Source: Candidatus Jordarchaeales archaeon
GTDB lineage: Archaea > Asgardarchaeota > Jordiarchaeia > Jordiarchaeales > Freyrarchaeaceae
NCBI GenBank assembly: GCA_038889235.1
Contig: JAWAHN010000003.1
Span: forward strand, 8,063-40,062
Direction: 5' to 3'
DNA: 32,000 nt
Positions 1 through 8,899 of the stretch are shown piece after piece. The position numbers and the translations under genes are program-made. Position 1 is the stretch's first letter; every line of letters begins with the position of its first letter. The notes under the pieces are model-generated. The model had not been told where the DNA came from and did not search any database. It saw only the letters and a list, made by a program, of their open reading frames with translations.

Positions 1-224
1 TCTTCGAAGCGCCTGTTGAAGTCCTCTCTGAGCGTCACGAGCTCCCTGCGCAGCTCGTTGGTCTCCTTGCGCAGCTCGGCTATCTCCTTGCTGTGCTCTT
101 CGAAGCGCCTGTTGAAGTCCTCTCTGAGCGTCACGAGCTCCCTGCGCAGCTCGTTGGTCTCCTTGCGCAGCTCGGCTATCTCCTTGCTGTGCTCTTCGAA
201 GCGCCTGTTGAAGTCCTCTCTGAG
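1..224. repeat. Exact 96-bp tandem repeat (at least 2.3 copies) with internal 21-bp sub-periodicity
   Basis: Unit TCTTCGAAGCGCCTGTTGAAG... restarts at 1, 97 and 193. Copies 1 and 2 are identical; the partial third copy ends near 224. Confidence 0.95.
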
Positions 225-368
225 AGCCTTGATTTCCTCGATGGCCTGCCTTATCTCTGTCTTGGTTACAACGCTTTCTGAAAGGATGCCTATTACCATG
301 TAGCGAAAGTTTTCGTCTTTTTTAAGTGCTTCGATTATCTGTTGTTTCAATGTGTCTGCTGCAACCAT
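1..368 (-). CDS. Coiled-coil repeat protein, N-terminal part only (continues past window start); resembles archaeal coiled-coil proteins that often end in a PD-(D/E)XK/DUF3782-type domain
   Basis: Not in ORF track (no stop inside window). ATG at 368 preceded by AGGTGA. Reads MVAADTLKQQIIEALKKDENFRYMVIGILSESVVTKTEIRQAIEEIKA then repeats of LREDFNRRFEEHSKEIAELRKETNELRRELVT, open to base 1. C-terminal domain not visible. Confidence 0.85.
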   Translation of the reverse strand, partial: MVAADTLKQQIIEALKKDENFRYMVIGILSESVVTKTEIRQAIEEIKALREDFNRRFEEHSKEIAELRKETNELRRELVTLREDFNRRFEEHSKEIAELRKETNELRRELVTLREDFNRRFE

Positions 369-593
369 CTTTTTTCACCTGTTGTCTCGGAAAAAATATG
401 GTTGTTGGCTTTTAAAAAGATGGTGTTGCTTAGTGTGGGTAGTGGGGGTGCTGTGGCAGCGGAGAAAGCTTTGCTCTAAGTTTTGGTGTATGCTAGCGTA
501 TTGTAGACTGGAAATGTCGGCGGCACGCTGCCTTTCTACAAAATCTTTAAATTCTTTAAGTTTTACTGGGATGAAGAGGGATTTAGAGGAGGG

Positions 594-2078
594 TTGAACG
601 TGGGGGGCAAATGGGTTAAGCTTACGGCTTGCGCCTTCACTGTTCTGCTAGTTTTCGTCGCAGTGTCGCCTTTGCTCCAGGGCGACGCTAAATTGGGCTA
701 CGCTGCCGCGCTTGTGCTTGCTTCGATGCAGCCGTCTACAGCTTCTTCGGAGCAGGTTGCTGTGAAATGCGGGGAAGACGGCTTGGCGTTTGCTCCCTCG
801 GGGAAGTACCCGGTGGTTTTGATTCCGGGGTGGATGACGGACGAAAAAGCCGCGTTTCTCATGGACTCCTTGAAGGTTAAGCTGGAAGAGGCCGGCTTCG
901 AAGTAGTGGACTTTAAGGGCGTCCTCGGTAATCCAACGCATACCATAGTCTACGATCCACTGGATCCAAGCGGTAGGTCTTACGATGGTGTAATAACGGG
1001 GAGCAAGGGTGTGGCTCAGCTCGCTGAGGACGTTAAAGCACTGATAGAAGCTAAGCTTGGTCCCAGCCAGCCGTTTGACATAGTGGCTCACTCCATGGGC
1101 GGGCTTGTGGCTAGGTGGCTTGTGGAGAAGCTTGGAATGTCTTGGAGAGTAGATGACTTGATAACCCTAGGAACCCCACACCACGGGGCTCCACTGGCCG
1201 ACGTGGTTGAAGAGATCGCCACGCTGGGAAACATTCTTCCAACAGACTTCGTTAGCGACTTAATCCTTGGACTCCTCCCACCCTTAGGCAAGTGGCTGGC
1301 GAGCGGTTACGACATGAAGCCGGGCAGCGCTTTTCTCCGTGACCTAAACGTTTGGGGGAGCGTTAAGGGCGCCTTTAAGGCGCCGCCCGGAAACAAGTAC
1401 ACGTGTATTGCCACCACTGTCAGCTGCGGCAACGCGATGTGGCTTGTAACCGAAGTCCTCGACCTCCTGGCGAGCCACGACATGAACGAATACTGGCCCT
1501 ACACGAGCAACGATGGCGTTGTTCCAACGGACGGCGCCCTACTCTACGGGGCAAAGTACAATTTCGTGGTGGAAGACGTGAACCACATCGAGCAACCACT
1601 ACACCCAGAAGTTTTAAAGCTCATAATACATGCCCTTTCCGACGACCCGGAAGAGCAAAGCAGCGTGGTTGTCAAAATGACTGCTGCAAAAATAAATGTG
1701 AACTGCGACTCGTGGCCGTTCAGCCCTGGCGAAATATACTTCTCCTCGTGCGTAGGCCAAGTGCACTCCTTTAAGGTTCAGAAGACGTTCGGTTACGCTC
1801 ACGGGGGTTCGTCGCTCAACTATGGCAACTGGCGTAAAGGGGAGTGGAGGGCTATTCCCTCAGCGGACCAAGTTCTCTTCGACTGCAAGGTAGCTAAGGG
1901 CGCAAACATACAGATCGCCATCTCATGCTACGACTACGACACATTAGACGAGGACGACGAGCTGTGCTCGCCGCTCAACGTGGTGATAAACATTAGCAGG
2001 GTGCCGCAGAACACCTGGACACGCTACGTTTACAACTTGGGCGAGTGGGAGGTCGAAATACAAATCCTGGTGAAATGA
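594..2078 (+). CDS. Secreted/membrane-anchored alpha/beta-hydrolase (lipase/esterase) with C-terminal C2-like domain
   Basis: N-terminal hydrophobic signal; VVLIPGW oxyanion segment; nucleophile elbow AHSMGG; [10 protein letters not shown]; NDGVVP (Asp); VNHIE (His). C-terminal ~140 aa beta-rich with [13 protein letters not shown] start after GAGGAGG. Confidence 0.85.
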   Translation: MNVGGKWVKLTACAFTVLLVFVAVSPLLQGDAKLGYAAALVLASMQPSTASSEQVAVKCGEDGLAFAPSGKYPVVLIPGWMTDEKAAFLMDSLKVKLEEAGFEVVDFKGVLGNPTHTIVYDPLDPSGRSYDGVITGSKGVAQLAEDVKALIEAKLGPSQPFDIVAHSMGGLVARWLVEKLGMSWRVDDLITLGTPHHGAPLADVVEEIATLGNILPTDFVSDLILGLLPPLGKWLASGYDMKPGSAFLRDLNVWGSVKGAFKAPPGNKYTCIATTVSCGNAMWLVTEVLDLLASHDMNEYWPYTSNDGVVPTDGALLYGAKYNFVVEDVNHIEQPLHPEVLKLIIHALSDDPEEQSSVVVKMTAAKINVNCDSWPFSPGEIYFSSCVGQVHSFKVQKTFGYAHGGSSLNYGNWRKGEWRAIPSADQVLFDCKVAKGANIQIAISCYDYDTLDEDDELCSPLNVVINISRVPQNTWTRYVYNLGEWEVEIQILVK

Positions 2079-2090
2079 CACCACTCTCGC

Positions 2091-2102
2091 TCTTTTTATT
2101 TA
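2091..2102 (+). terminator. Oligo-T terminator candidate after lipase gene
   Basis: TCTTTTTATTT 13 nt after the stop at 2078. Confidence 0.45.
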
Positions 2103-2123
2103 GCAATTTCGCCTCAGATTAGC

Positions 2124-2867
2124 TCATTTTCCATACCATTTCACTTCTTTCCTCAAATAATGGTACTTCCTGTCCAGCAGCTGTACGAAGTAACCTGATA
2201 AGACTCCAAGCACGAGGGTAGGATTCTGGGTTGCAAGCGCGGACACCAGGAAGAGGAGTGAAACAGCGAAGGATAAGGGTACCGTTACCTTCAAATACCT
2301 TCTCCGTGCGCTCGCGAAATCCTCCATGAGCTCCTCCGGCGGCTCTCTCCTGCTGAGCACTGCAGCCGCCACGGCTCCTGAAGCACGGCAGGCGACGTCT
2401 AATGCTACTCTCGCGTCACCTTGTGGTCTAAGCTGCCTAATGACCTTCTCCACGTAGTGTGGTGAACTCACGGCGGCAGCTACTCCCTCCCTAACTGCCC
2501 CGACAGGGACCTCTAAAGATGCGACCCTATCTTCCCTTGAGTCGTGGTGCAGCCCCAGGATGCCCTTCGAAACGCTCATGTCTTGAACGTAGTGCAGTGC
2601 TCTCCCCAGGTTTCTCAGCGCCTCGTGCTCCCTCTCTTCTAAATAGCTCCTCCTCGCCTTCCACACGTGTCCCATAATTAGTCGCAGGCTGGGGTTGTGG
2701 TGGGATATGCGGACAGCGTAAGCCCCCCTGCCGCTAACTCGAAACTTAACGTCGGGTCTCTTGTCGGGCTCTATTGATCCGGTGATCAGCGCCCTTCTTG
2801 CCTCTCTACCTAAGCCGAGCACGTCAGCTACGGTTTTCGCTATGGCGATGTGAGTACGCCACTTCAA
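2124..2867 (-). CDS. Zinc-dependent phospholipase C / S1-P1-nuclease-fold protein with C-terminal transmembrane helices
   Basis: TTG at 2867 gives MKWRTH (N-terminal W..H zinc ligands), GSIEPD, SHH, LGRALHYVQD, HHDSRE; two hydrophobic helices near the C-terminus. The ORF track start at 2990 adds non-homologous sequence. Confidence 0.75.
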   Translation of the reverse strand: MKWRTHIAIAKTVADVLGLGREARRALITGSIEPDKRPDVKFRVSGRGAYAVRISHHNPSLRLIMGHVWKARRSYLEEREHEALRNLGRALHYVQDMSVSKGILGLHHDSREDRVASLEVPVGAVREGVAAAVSSPHYVEKVIRQLRPQGDARVALDVACRASGAVAAAVLSRREPPEELMEDFASARRRYLKVTVPLSFAVSLLFLVSALATQNPTLVLGVLSGYFVQLLDRKYHYLRKEVKWYGK

Positions 2868-2900
2868 AAGGCACCATCCCCCGAAAGGGAAGGGGGAAGG

Positions 2901-2928
2901 GAGAAATATTAAGTGTTTCTCACTTAAT
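2901..2928. promoter_or_regulatory. Divergent promoter/operator with overlapping inverted repeats
   Basis: ATTAAGTG-TTTCT-CACTTAAT (2908-2928) and GAGAAA-N9-TTTCTC (2901-2921) overlap TATA-like hexamers between the PLC-like gene and rubrerythrin. Confidence 0.45.
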
Positions 2929-3064
2929 GTGAAGGGTTGTCGCGAATGCCCCCTCGAGTTGCCCATTGTTCCAGTGCTGTGTTCGCTCAACTCAGAGCAG
3001 ACATTGGGAAAGTATATATCCCTGCTCGCGGTTAATGGTTTAAAAAAGAAACGTGTTGGTTTGT

Positions 3065-3610
3065 ATGAAGCGAGAGATGACCGAGTTGAACCTACACAGC
3101 GCCTTCGCAGGGGAGAGCCAAGCTCACATGAGGTACACTATTTTCGCTGAGAGAGCCGGGAGAAGCGGGTTTGAGAACGTTGCAAGGCTCTTCACGGCGA
3201 TAGCGTTCGCTGAAAAAGTCCACGCTTCAAACCACTATTCAGCCACCTCGTCCAAAGGAGACTTTCTCACGTTTTCCACGGCAGGCTTCGGCTCAAAAAC
3301 TGTTTCAGAAGACCTAGAAATCGCCATAAATGGTGAAACATTCGAGGTGAACGAAATGTACCCCGCGTACATTGCTGTGGCTAAAATGCAAAACCATGAG
3401 GATGCCTTGAAAAGCTTCACCTGGGCTTTAGAGGCGGAAAAAACGCACGCCGAGCTATTCAGGAAGGCGAAGCAAGCCGTGGACAGCGGGAAAGACGTAA
3501 AACTTGGAACAATTCAGGTGTGCTGCGTCTGCGGCTACACGGTTGAGGGAGAAGCGCCAGACAAGTGCCCAATATGCGGCTCCTCGAAGAAAGCCTTTAG
3601 GTCATTTTAA
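3065..3610 (+). CDS. rbr: Rubrerythrin
   Basis: AFAGESQAHMRY, AEKVHA, GETFEVNEMYP, AEKTHA diiron motifs and C-terminal CCVCGY...CPICG rubredoxin-like site; ATG at 3065 preferred over the track TTG at 3053. Confidence 0.95.
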   Translation: MKREMTELNLHSAFAGESQAHMRYTIFAERAGRSGFENVARLFTAIAFAEKVHASNHYSATSSKGDFLTFSTAGFGSKTVSEDLEIAINGETFEVNEMYPAYIAVAKMQNHEDALKSFTWALEAEKTHAELFRKAKQAVDSGKDVKLGTIQVCCVCGYTVEGEAPDKCPICGSSKKAFRSF

Positions 3611-3689
3611 ACTCAGCGCTCCTCACTTTTAACATGCTCTCCCAAGGGAAAGGTGCCCTCACGGTCTCCCAGCCTCTTCTCTCGTTTAT

Positions 3690-3697
3690 TTTATAAA
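3690..3697 (+). promoter_or_regulatory. TATA box of fprA
   Basis: TTTATAAA about 50 nt upstream of ATG 3745. Confidence 0.5.
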
Positions 3698-3744
3698 TTC
3701 GAGTTCCCACTATTATGTTAAAAATCTTCTTAGGAGTAGTGGTT

Positions 3745-4926
3745 ATGTTGGCTTTAAAAGTTGCGGACAGCGTTTATTGGGTTGGAGCCGTGGACTGGAA
3801 TTTACGCTTCTGCGGCTCCTACACCACTCCCCTAGGAACGTCCTACAACGCATACCTGATAGTTGACAAGAAAACGGTGCTGATAGACGCAGTTAAGGGG
3901 ACGCATGCGGCTGAGATGATTAGTAGAATTAGGAGCGTCGTCGACCCGGAAAAGATAGACTACTTCATAATTAATCACGCCGAGCTCGACCACGCAGGCG
4001 CCTTCAAAGAGGTGCTTAAAGTCGCCCCCAACGCTGAGGTGATATGCTCAGATAGGGGGAGGGACTCTCTGAAGGGGCACTTCGACTTCGACAAGGATCT
4101 GACGATAGTCAAAACAGGTGACGAGCTTAACATAGGAGGCAGAAATCTCCTCTTCATAGAAGCCAGAATGCTACACTGGCCCGACAACATGATGACCTAC
4201 CTTAAAGAAGACCACATACTCTTCTCGAACGACCCATTCGGCCAACACCTAGCGACGTCACAAAGGTTTGCCGACGAGCTCGACGAAAACTTCGTAATGG
4301 ACCACGCCGCAAGGTACTTTGCTCAGATAGTCATGCCCTACTCCCAGCTCGTCCTAAAGAAACTGGAGGAGGTCAAGTCTCTTAACGTGCCAATCGACAT
4401 TATATGCCCGGCGCACGGGCTCATATGGAGGAAAAACCCCGAAAAAATACTGAAGGCGTACGAGCGGTGGGCGAAGGGGGAGGCCGAGGACAGGGCGGTC
4501 ATATACTTCGACACTATGTGGGGGAGCACCGACATCATGGCGAGGGAGATAGCCAAGGGCATATCCGATAGCGGGATCCCAGTAACCGTCTACAACACGC
4601 GGACATCAGAGTGGAGCATCATGGCAAGAGACCTGCTCCTGTCGAAGATAGTGCTGGTGGGCTCAGCGACCCTAAACATGACGATGATGCCGTCAGTCGC
4701 AGCCCTTCTCTCGTTCTTCAAAAGCCTCAGACCACCACCAAAAGTGGCGTCAGCATTCGGCTCCTTCGGCTGGGGGGGCGGAGCAGTAAGAGACATAATC
4801 AACACACTCAAAGAAATGAAGTTCAATGTCGTCGAACCCGGACTACAAATCAAATGGATGCCAAGAGCCGAGCAACTAAAAGAGTGCTACGAGTTCGGTA
4901 AACAAATAGCTCAAAAAATAAAGTAG
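3745..4926 (+). CDS. fprA: Flavodiiron protein FprA (metallo-beta-lactamase + flavodoxin domains; O2/NO reductase)
   Basis: YWVGAVDW, GTSYNAYLI, NHAELDHAG (HxExDH), LHWPD, PAHG, flavodoxin YFDTMWGST and AFGSFGWGGGA; likely start ATG 3745 (track start 3715). Confidence 0.95.
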   Translation: MLALKVADSVYWVGAVDWNLRFCGSYTTPLGTSYNAYLIVDKKTVLIDAVKGTHAAEMISRIRSVVDPEKIDYFIINHAELDHAGAFKEVLKVAPNAEVICSDRGRDSLKGHFDFDKDLTIVKTGDELNIGGRNLLFIEARMLHWPDNMMTYLKEDHILFSNDPFGQHLATSQRFADELDENFVMDHAARYFAQIVMPYSQLVLKKLEEVKSLNVPIDIICPAHGLIWRKNPEKILKAYERWAKGEAEDRAVIYFDTMWGSTDIMAREIAKGISDSGIPVTVYNTRTSEWSIMARDLLLSKIVLVGSATLNMTMMPSVAALLSFFKSLRPPPKVASAFGSFGWGGGAVRDIINTLKEMKFNVVEPGLQIKWMPRAEQLKECYEFGKQIAQKIK

Positions 4927-5904
4927 TAGCCCCCTTCCCCATTTTTATCATCAAAACAAGAGGATACCATTCAACCAGTTGAATTTACCCCGCATGCAAA
5001 CCGAGCTCTCTCCCAAAAGAACACCCAGCTCTTAAAGCTTAACCTCATACTTCTCCAGGTTCGTTCACCCCTCAGAATCCACCGCCAACTTCCCATTAGG
5101 TAACCTGCAAAAACACACCCAAACTTCTGCCCCTCGGGAGCCCTAAAACTCGACCGTCACACCACCACAAAAAGTGCCATACTGCTTGTTATCAGTTATC
5201 CCTAAACGAAGCCCATAAACCGCGGCCTCATACTCCGCAGAGTCACTCTCTAACTTTCAACGAAAAGCGACCAACCCCTCCCTTCACTTCATGCTCCCGC
5301 CATAAGGAAAAGTTGAGGGCTCCAATTATGAACGCACACACCATTAGGCACCTTTTAAATTCACTGAAAAAGAGAAGGCTAAGCAAAGTATAGTTCTCTT
5401 AAAGTCAAGAAATACCAGAGCCAACGCTATAAACACCACCGAGAAGAGCACGCAATCCACTAATATATTAAAATATTAAAATAACGTATTTATTTATTAT
5501 TTATTAATTGATAGACGGCAGTAGGAAATGACATGTGGTAATGGAGGGCTTTTAACTATTAAACTAGTTGGTTTTAGGATGTTTGCGTGTGGACGGGGGT
5601 TTAGTGAATTTCTGGATGCTAGTAATTTGTCTGGTATTGTCGAATGCTCTTGTGCGGTTTCTGTTGGTGGCTCTACGATACTTGCTTGAGTGGTAGCTGA
5701 ATGTTTAGGCGTTGAGTCAGCTGTTACGTGATGCCTACGTCTTTAACTCGGGGTTTTTGAGTGTGACTTTTAGGTGGCTCTAGTGGTGTCGGCGAGGACT
5801 GGCGAATTGCAGATTTCGGCTGCTTTACCTGTTTTCAAAAATTTGAGAGAACAGTTTTTAAGCAATTGTTTCTGTGAGTATTACTCGGCCTTGGGGGGAG
5901 AGAG

Positions 5905-6708
5905 GTGATCGTTGACTTTCACGTGCACCCCTATATAAATAACGGTGCGGGGAAACGTTTCAGCGTGAAGGACTACTGGACGCTGGAACTCTGCCGTTAT
6001 GCTCTCAAGTACCTGCACTTAGAAGCCGGCGCTAGATGGGTGTGCCGTTATCTTGAATCCCGCCTCGTGCCCAGAGGGGTAGGCTTCTGCGTGCTTTCCG
6101 CTGCGGAGCTGCGCCTCATGGATCTGATAAAGGCTATCGTTAGGCTTCGCCCCGATTTCTTCGTGGGATTTTGTACAGTTGACCCCCACGCGCCGGATGT
6201 CGACGTTCAGCTGGTAAGGCGAGTGAAGCTGGACGGGTTTAAGGGACTGAAGGTTCACAGCCTCATGCAGTCCTTCCGCCCCCCTGACGTCCCGAAGCTT
6301 TGGGAGGCGGTCTCTAAGCTTAAGTTAACCGTCCTAGCTCATGGAGGCAAAATATGGGTGAACGATCCAGACTATGCTAACCCTGCATACTATAACGAGG
6401 TCCTCGACACATACCCATTCACGCTCGTTGTAGCTCATATGGGGGGCAACTATGCGAAGGAAGCTGTAGAGCTGGCGAGGCGGTTTGACAGCGTCTACCT
6501 CGAAACATCGGGTGCCTCGAAGAAGAGGATAATGTACGCTCTCGAAAGCCTTGGATGCGAAAGAATAGTCTACGGAAGCGATACACCCTACATACCGTGG
6601 GGGGACCCGGTGAACGAAATAGAGAAGATTAGGAGTCTGCCTATAAGGGAGTGGGAAAAAGAAAGAATACTTGGAGAAAATGCGAAGGAGCTTCTCGGCC
6701 TAACTTGA
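5905..6708 (+). CDS. Amidohydrolase family protein (amidohydro_2 TIM barrel)
   Basis: VDFHVH, FKGLKVH, LAHGG, VAHMGG, YLETS, YGSDTPY. Confidence 0.9.
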   Translation: MIVDFHVHPYINNGAGKRFSVKDYWTLELCRYALKYLHLEAGARWVCRYLESRLVPRGVGFCVLSAAELRLMDLIKAIVRLRPDFFVGFCTVDPHAPDVDVQLVRRVKLDGFKGLKVHSLMQSFRPPDVPKLWEAVSKLKLTVLAHGGKIWVNDPDYANPAYYNEVLDTYPFTLVVAHMGGNYAKEAVELARRFDSVYLETSGASKKRIMYALESLGCERIVYGSDTPYIPWGDPVNEIEKIRSLPIREWEKERILGENAKELLGLT

Positions 6709-6711
6709 CCT

Positions 6712-7116
6712 CTAAACTTGTATGAGCTCTATGACGAAGCCTAAAGCCTTGTCGGTGTCTAAATAGGCGTATTTGACCCCTAGCACCTCCCCTCTCTCGG
6801 TTACCTTGAACCCCTTCTCCTCGAAGCTTTTTATGGTGCCTTCTATGTCCTTGACGAAGAAGCCTAGATGGTGGAGCCCCTCGCCTCTCTCCCGGATGAA
6901 GCGGCTGTGGATCGACTCGCCCTCCACAACTTGTATGAGCTCAAGCTGGACGCCGCCTAGGTTGACCAATCCCACCTTCAGCCTAGCTGAAGCATGAGGT
7001 ATCTCGATTGAGGAGAAGTGCCCAAACCCAAGGTCCTCCAGTATCCTGGCGGTCTTCTCGAAGTCCTTGACAACTATCCCTATCTGCCCAACTTCTGGAA
7101 GACTGATTTTCCCCAA
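6712..7116 (-). CDS. VOC family protein (methylmalonyl-CoA epimerase/glyoxalase-like)
   Basis: GQIGIVVKD, QLELIQ, GEGLHHLGFFVKDIE, YLDT...IELIQ. Confidence 0.9.
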   Translation of the reverse strand: MGKISLPEVGQIGIVVKDFEKTARILEDLGFGHFSSIEIPHASARLKVGLVNLGGVQLELIQVVEGESIHSRFIRERGEGLHHLGFFVKDIEGTIKSFEEKGFKVTERGEVLGVKYAYLDTDKALGFVIELIQV

Positions 7117-7227
7117 TGGGGACCACCCTGAAACTATAAGTTGTAAAACAATAAAAAGATCTCCTCCCCTCTTGAAACCCTCTAGAGAGGGGTGGAGGCT
7201 TCAACCTTCAGCACAGGCTTCCTTACG

Positions 7228-7251
7228 CGAAAATTATAAATGGTGTTTTCG
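7228..7251 (+). promoter_or_regulatory. TATA box of superoxide reductase gene flanked by inverted repeat
   Basis: CGAAAA-TTATAAATGGTG-TTTTCG. Confidence 0.4.
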
Positions 7252-7293
7252 TTTATATTTTAAACCAGCGAAGAGGGGTTCGGAGGAGTCAAA

Positions 7294-7668
7294 ATGAGCT
7301 CGTTTGGAAACTTAATCTATACGCCTGAGAGAGCCACCGGGGAAGCGGTCAGCAAAATAGAGTCGCACACGCCGAAGATAGAGGCGCCGGACAGCGTCAA
7401 AGCAGACCAACCCTTCGAAGTGAAAGTATCAGTCGGCCCCCACCCGAACACGGTCGAGCACTCAATAAGAGCCATCGAAGTCTACTTCTACGAGGAGGGG
7501 CGCGCGTTTAACCCAATACTCTTAGCGAACATCACGTTGACACCAGTCTACACGCAGCCAACTGTGAAGCTCACACTGTCACTCAAAAAGAGTGGCACAA
7601 TATATGCAGTGGAGTATTGCAACCTCCACGGACTATGGGAAGCCAGAAAGAATATCACAGTAACCTAA
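7294..7668 (+). CDS. sor: Superoxide reductase (class II SORL / neelaredoxin-type)
   Basis: ESHTPKIEAP, HPNTVEHSI, YCNLHGLW iron ligands; no N-terminal desulforedoxin domain. Confidence 0.9.
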   Translation: MSSFGNLIYTPERATGEAVSKIESHTPKIEAPDSVKADQPFEVKVSVGPHPNTVEHSIRAIEVYFYEEGRAFNPILLANITLTPVYTQPTVKLTLSLKKSGTIYAVEYCNLHGLWEARKNITVT

Positions 7669-7681
7669 ACAAAACCCCTAC

Positions 7682-7690
7682 TTTTTTATT
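7682..7690 (+). terminator. Oligo-T terminator candidate after sor
   Basis: TTTTTTATT 14 nt after the stop. Confidence 0.45.
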
Positions 7691-7738
7691 CAGGAATAGT
7701 ACAAAACTTGCGTGAAGCACAGAAGCAACTCAAACAAG

Positions 7739-8083
7739 TTATATCTCCCTATAGACATCAATGAACCTCTTGTATGTCTCCCACTCTTTCGGGGTCAGAA
7801 GGTGTACTTCTAGAGAAGAGTCATCAAACCCTTCAGTCAACTTCAATCTGACCTTCGTCCTCTCGGTAGCCCCCTCAGGCACACCGGGGGAAACCACTGC
7901 CACATCTACGTCAGAAAACATCGGGTGGTAGTCCCCCCTCACCACGCTTCCAAAAACGTAAACCTTCACTTCGGGAAGCAGACTCATAGCCCTCACTTTA
8001 ACCTCCTCAACGTATTTCTCCCACCGCTCAAAAAACCCCTTCCTCTTCTCGTAAATCCTCCTGGCGAGCTCAACGGGCCTCAT
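7739..8083 (-). CDS. Minimal nucleotidyltransferase (MNT) antitoxin
   Basis: VYVFGSVVRGDYHPMFSDVDVAV (GS..DxD); likely ATG at 8083 overlapping the HEPN stop (track start 8113). Confidence 0.9.
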   Translation of the reverse strand: MRPVELARRIYEKRKGFFERWEKYVEEVKVRAMSLLPEVKVYVFGSVVRGDYHPMFSDVDVAVVSPGVPEGATERTKVRLKLTEGFDDSSLEVHLLTPKEWETYKRFIDVYREI

Positions 8084-8453
8084 AACTACAAACCAGCCTC
8101 CACAATTCCTCAAACACTACAAACAAACCCTCAACGTCCTCCCTCATATACCTTCTCCCAAGATACCTTGAAGCTATATATGCGTCCTCGAGAACTCCAA
8201 GCTTATCCCTAAACTTCTCACGAAATCCGGAAATCTCCACGAAAACCTCGGCGGCCTCGCTGAGCAATTTACCCAAACTATGCGTCCTAGAAAAATAACC
8301 TATCCTAAAGGCGAGAAGGTACTTGATAAGAAGCTGGCATGCCTGCTCAAGAAGAAAAACCGCCCAATCATAACTCCCGTCCTCGAAAGCCTTCTTCGCC
8401 AACTCAAAGCCCCTCAGCGCCCTCTCCCTCAGAAGGGCAACATCTTCTCTCAT
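8070..8453 (-). CDS. HEPN domain protein (toxin partner of MNT)
   Basis: AFEDGSYDWAVFLLEQACQLLIKYLL, RTHSLGKL, YIASRY typical of COG2250-type HEPN; directly upstream of MNT. Confidence 0.9.
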   Translation of the reverse strand: MREDVALLRERALRGFELAKKAFEDGSYDWAVFLLEQACQLLIKYLLAFRIGYFSRTHSLGKLLSEAAEVFVEISGFREKFRDKLGVLEDAYIASRYLGRRYMREDVEGLFVVFEELWRLVCSYEAR

Positions 8454-8899
8454 AGCAGAGACAGGGAACCAACAAAATAAATATCTTTACCCAACAGAGA
8501 GAACAAGCACGTAAGCAAATAAGACTAGCTCACCGTCAACGAGTGCCCAAAATGTAGCAAGCCACCTCGCTAAATTAAAACCCGAAATATATTGGTTTTA
8601 CGAAAACTTTACAGCAAAAGTCCTTCCTCCACTTGTGGGAGAGGTTACCCTTTTGAAGTAAAAGCACCATTTCGCCGCAGCCGCAATTTACTTTTGCTAT
8701 TCGCCGCCATTGCACCCCTCAGCGACCTCTGCCGCCATACCCGGGTCCAAAAAATGTCAGGCGAAAACGCCATTTGGTTTCTCAGAACAATGGAAATACA
8801 ATACTCTTACAAATATGAGGAGCGGGGGCAATACAACGGCAACAATACACGTTGTAACAGTTTTTGCTATTGCCGAAAGACGATCTAGCCTCCCACTTT

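Noticed and set aside
1-224. CRISPR array
   Set aside because: The 96-bp units are contiguous with no unique spacers and are in frame in a coding sequence
16-303. Plus-strand ORFs 16..303 and 93..281
   Set aside because: Antisense shadows of the minus-strand coiled-coil gene
5461-5512. Replication origin call for the AT-rich core
   Set aside because: No ORB-like repeats with G-strings recognised and no cdc6/orc1 gene in the window; kept only as an unexplained region
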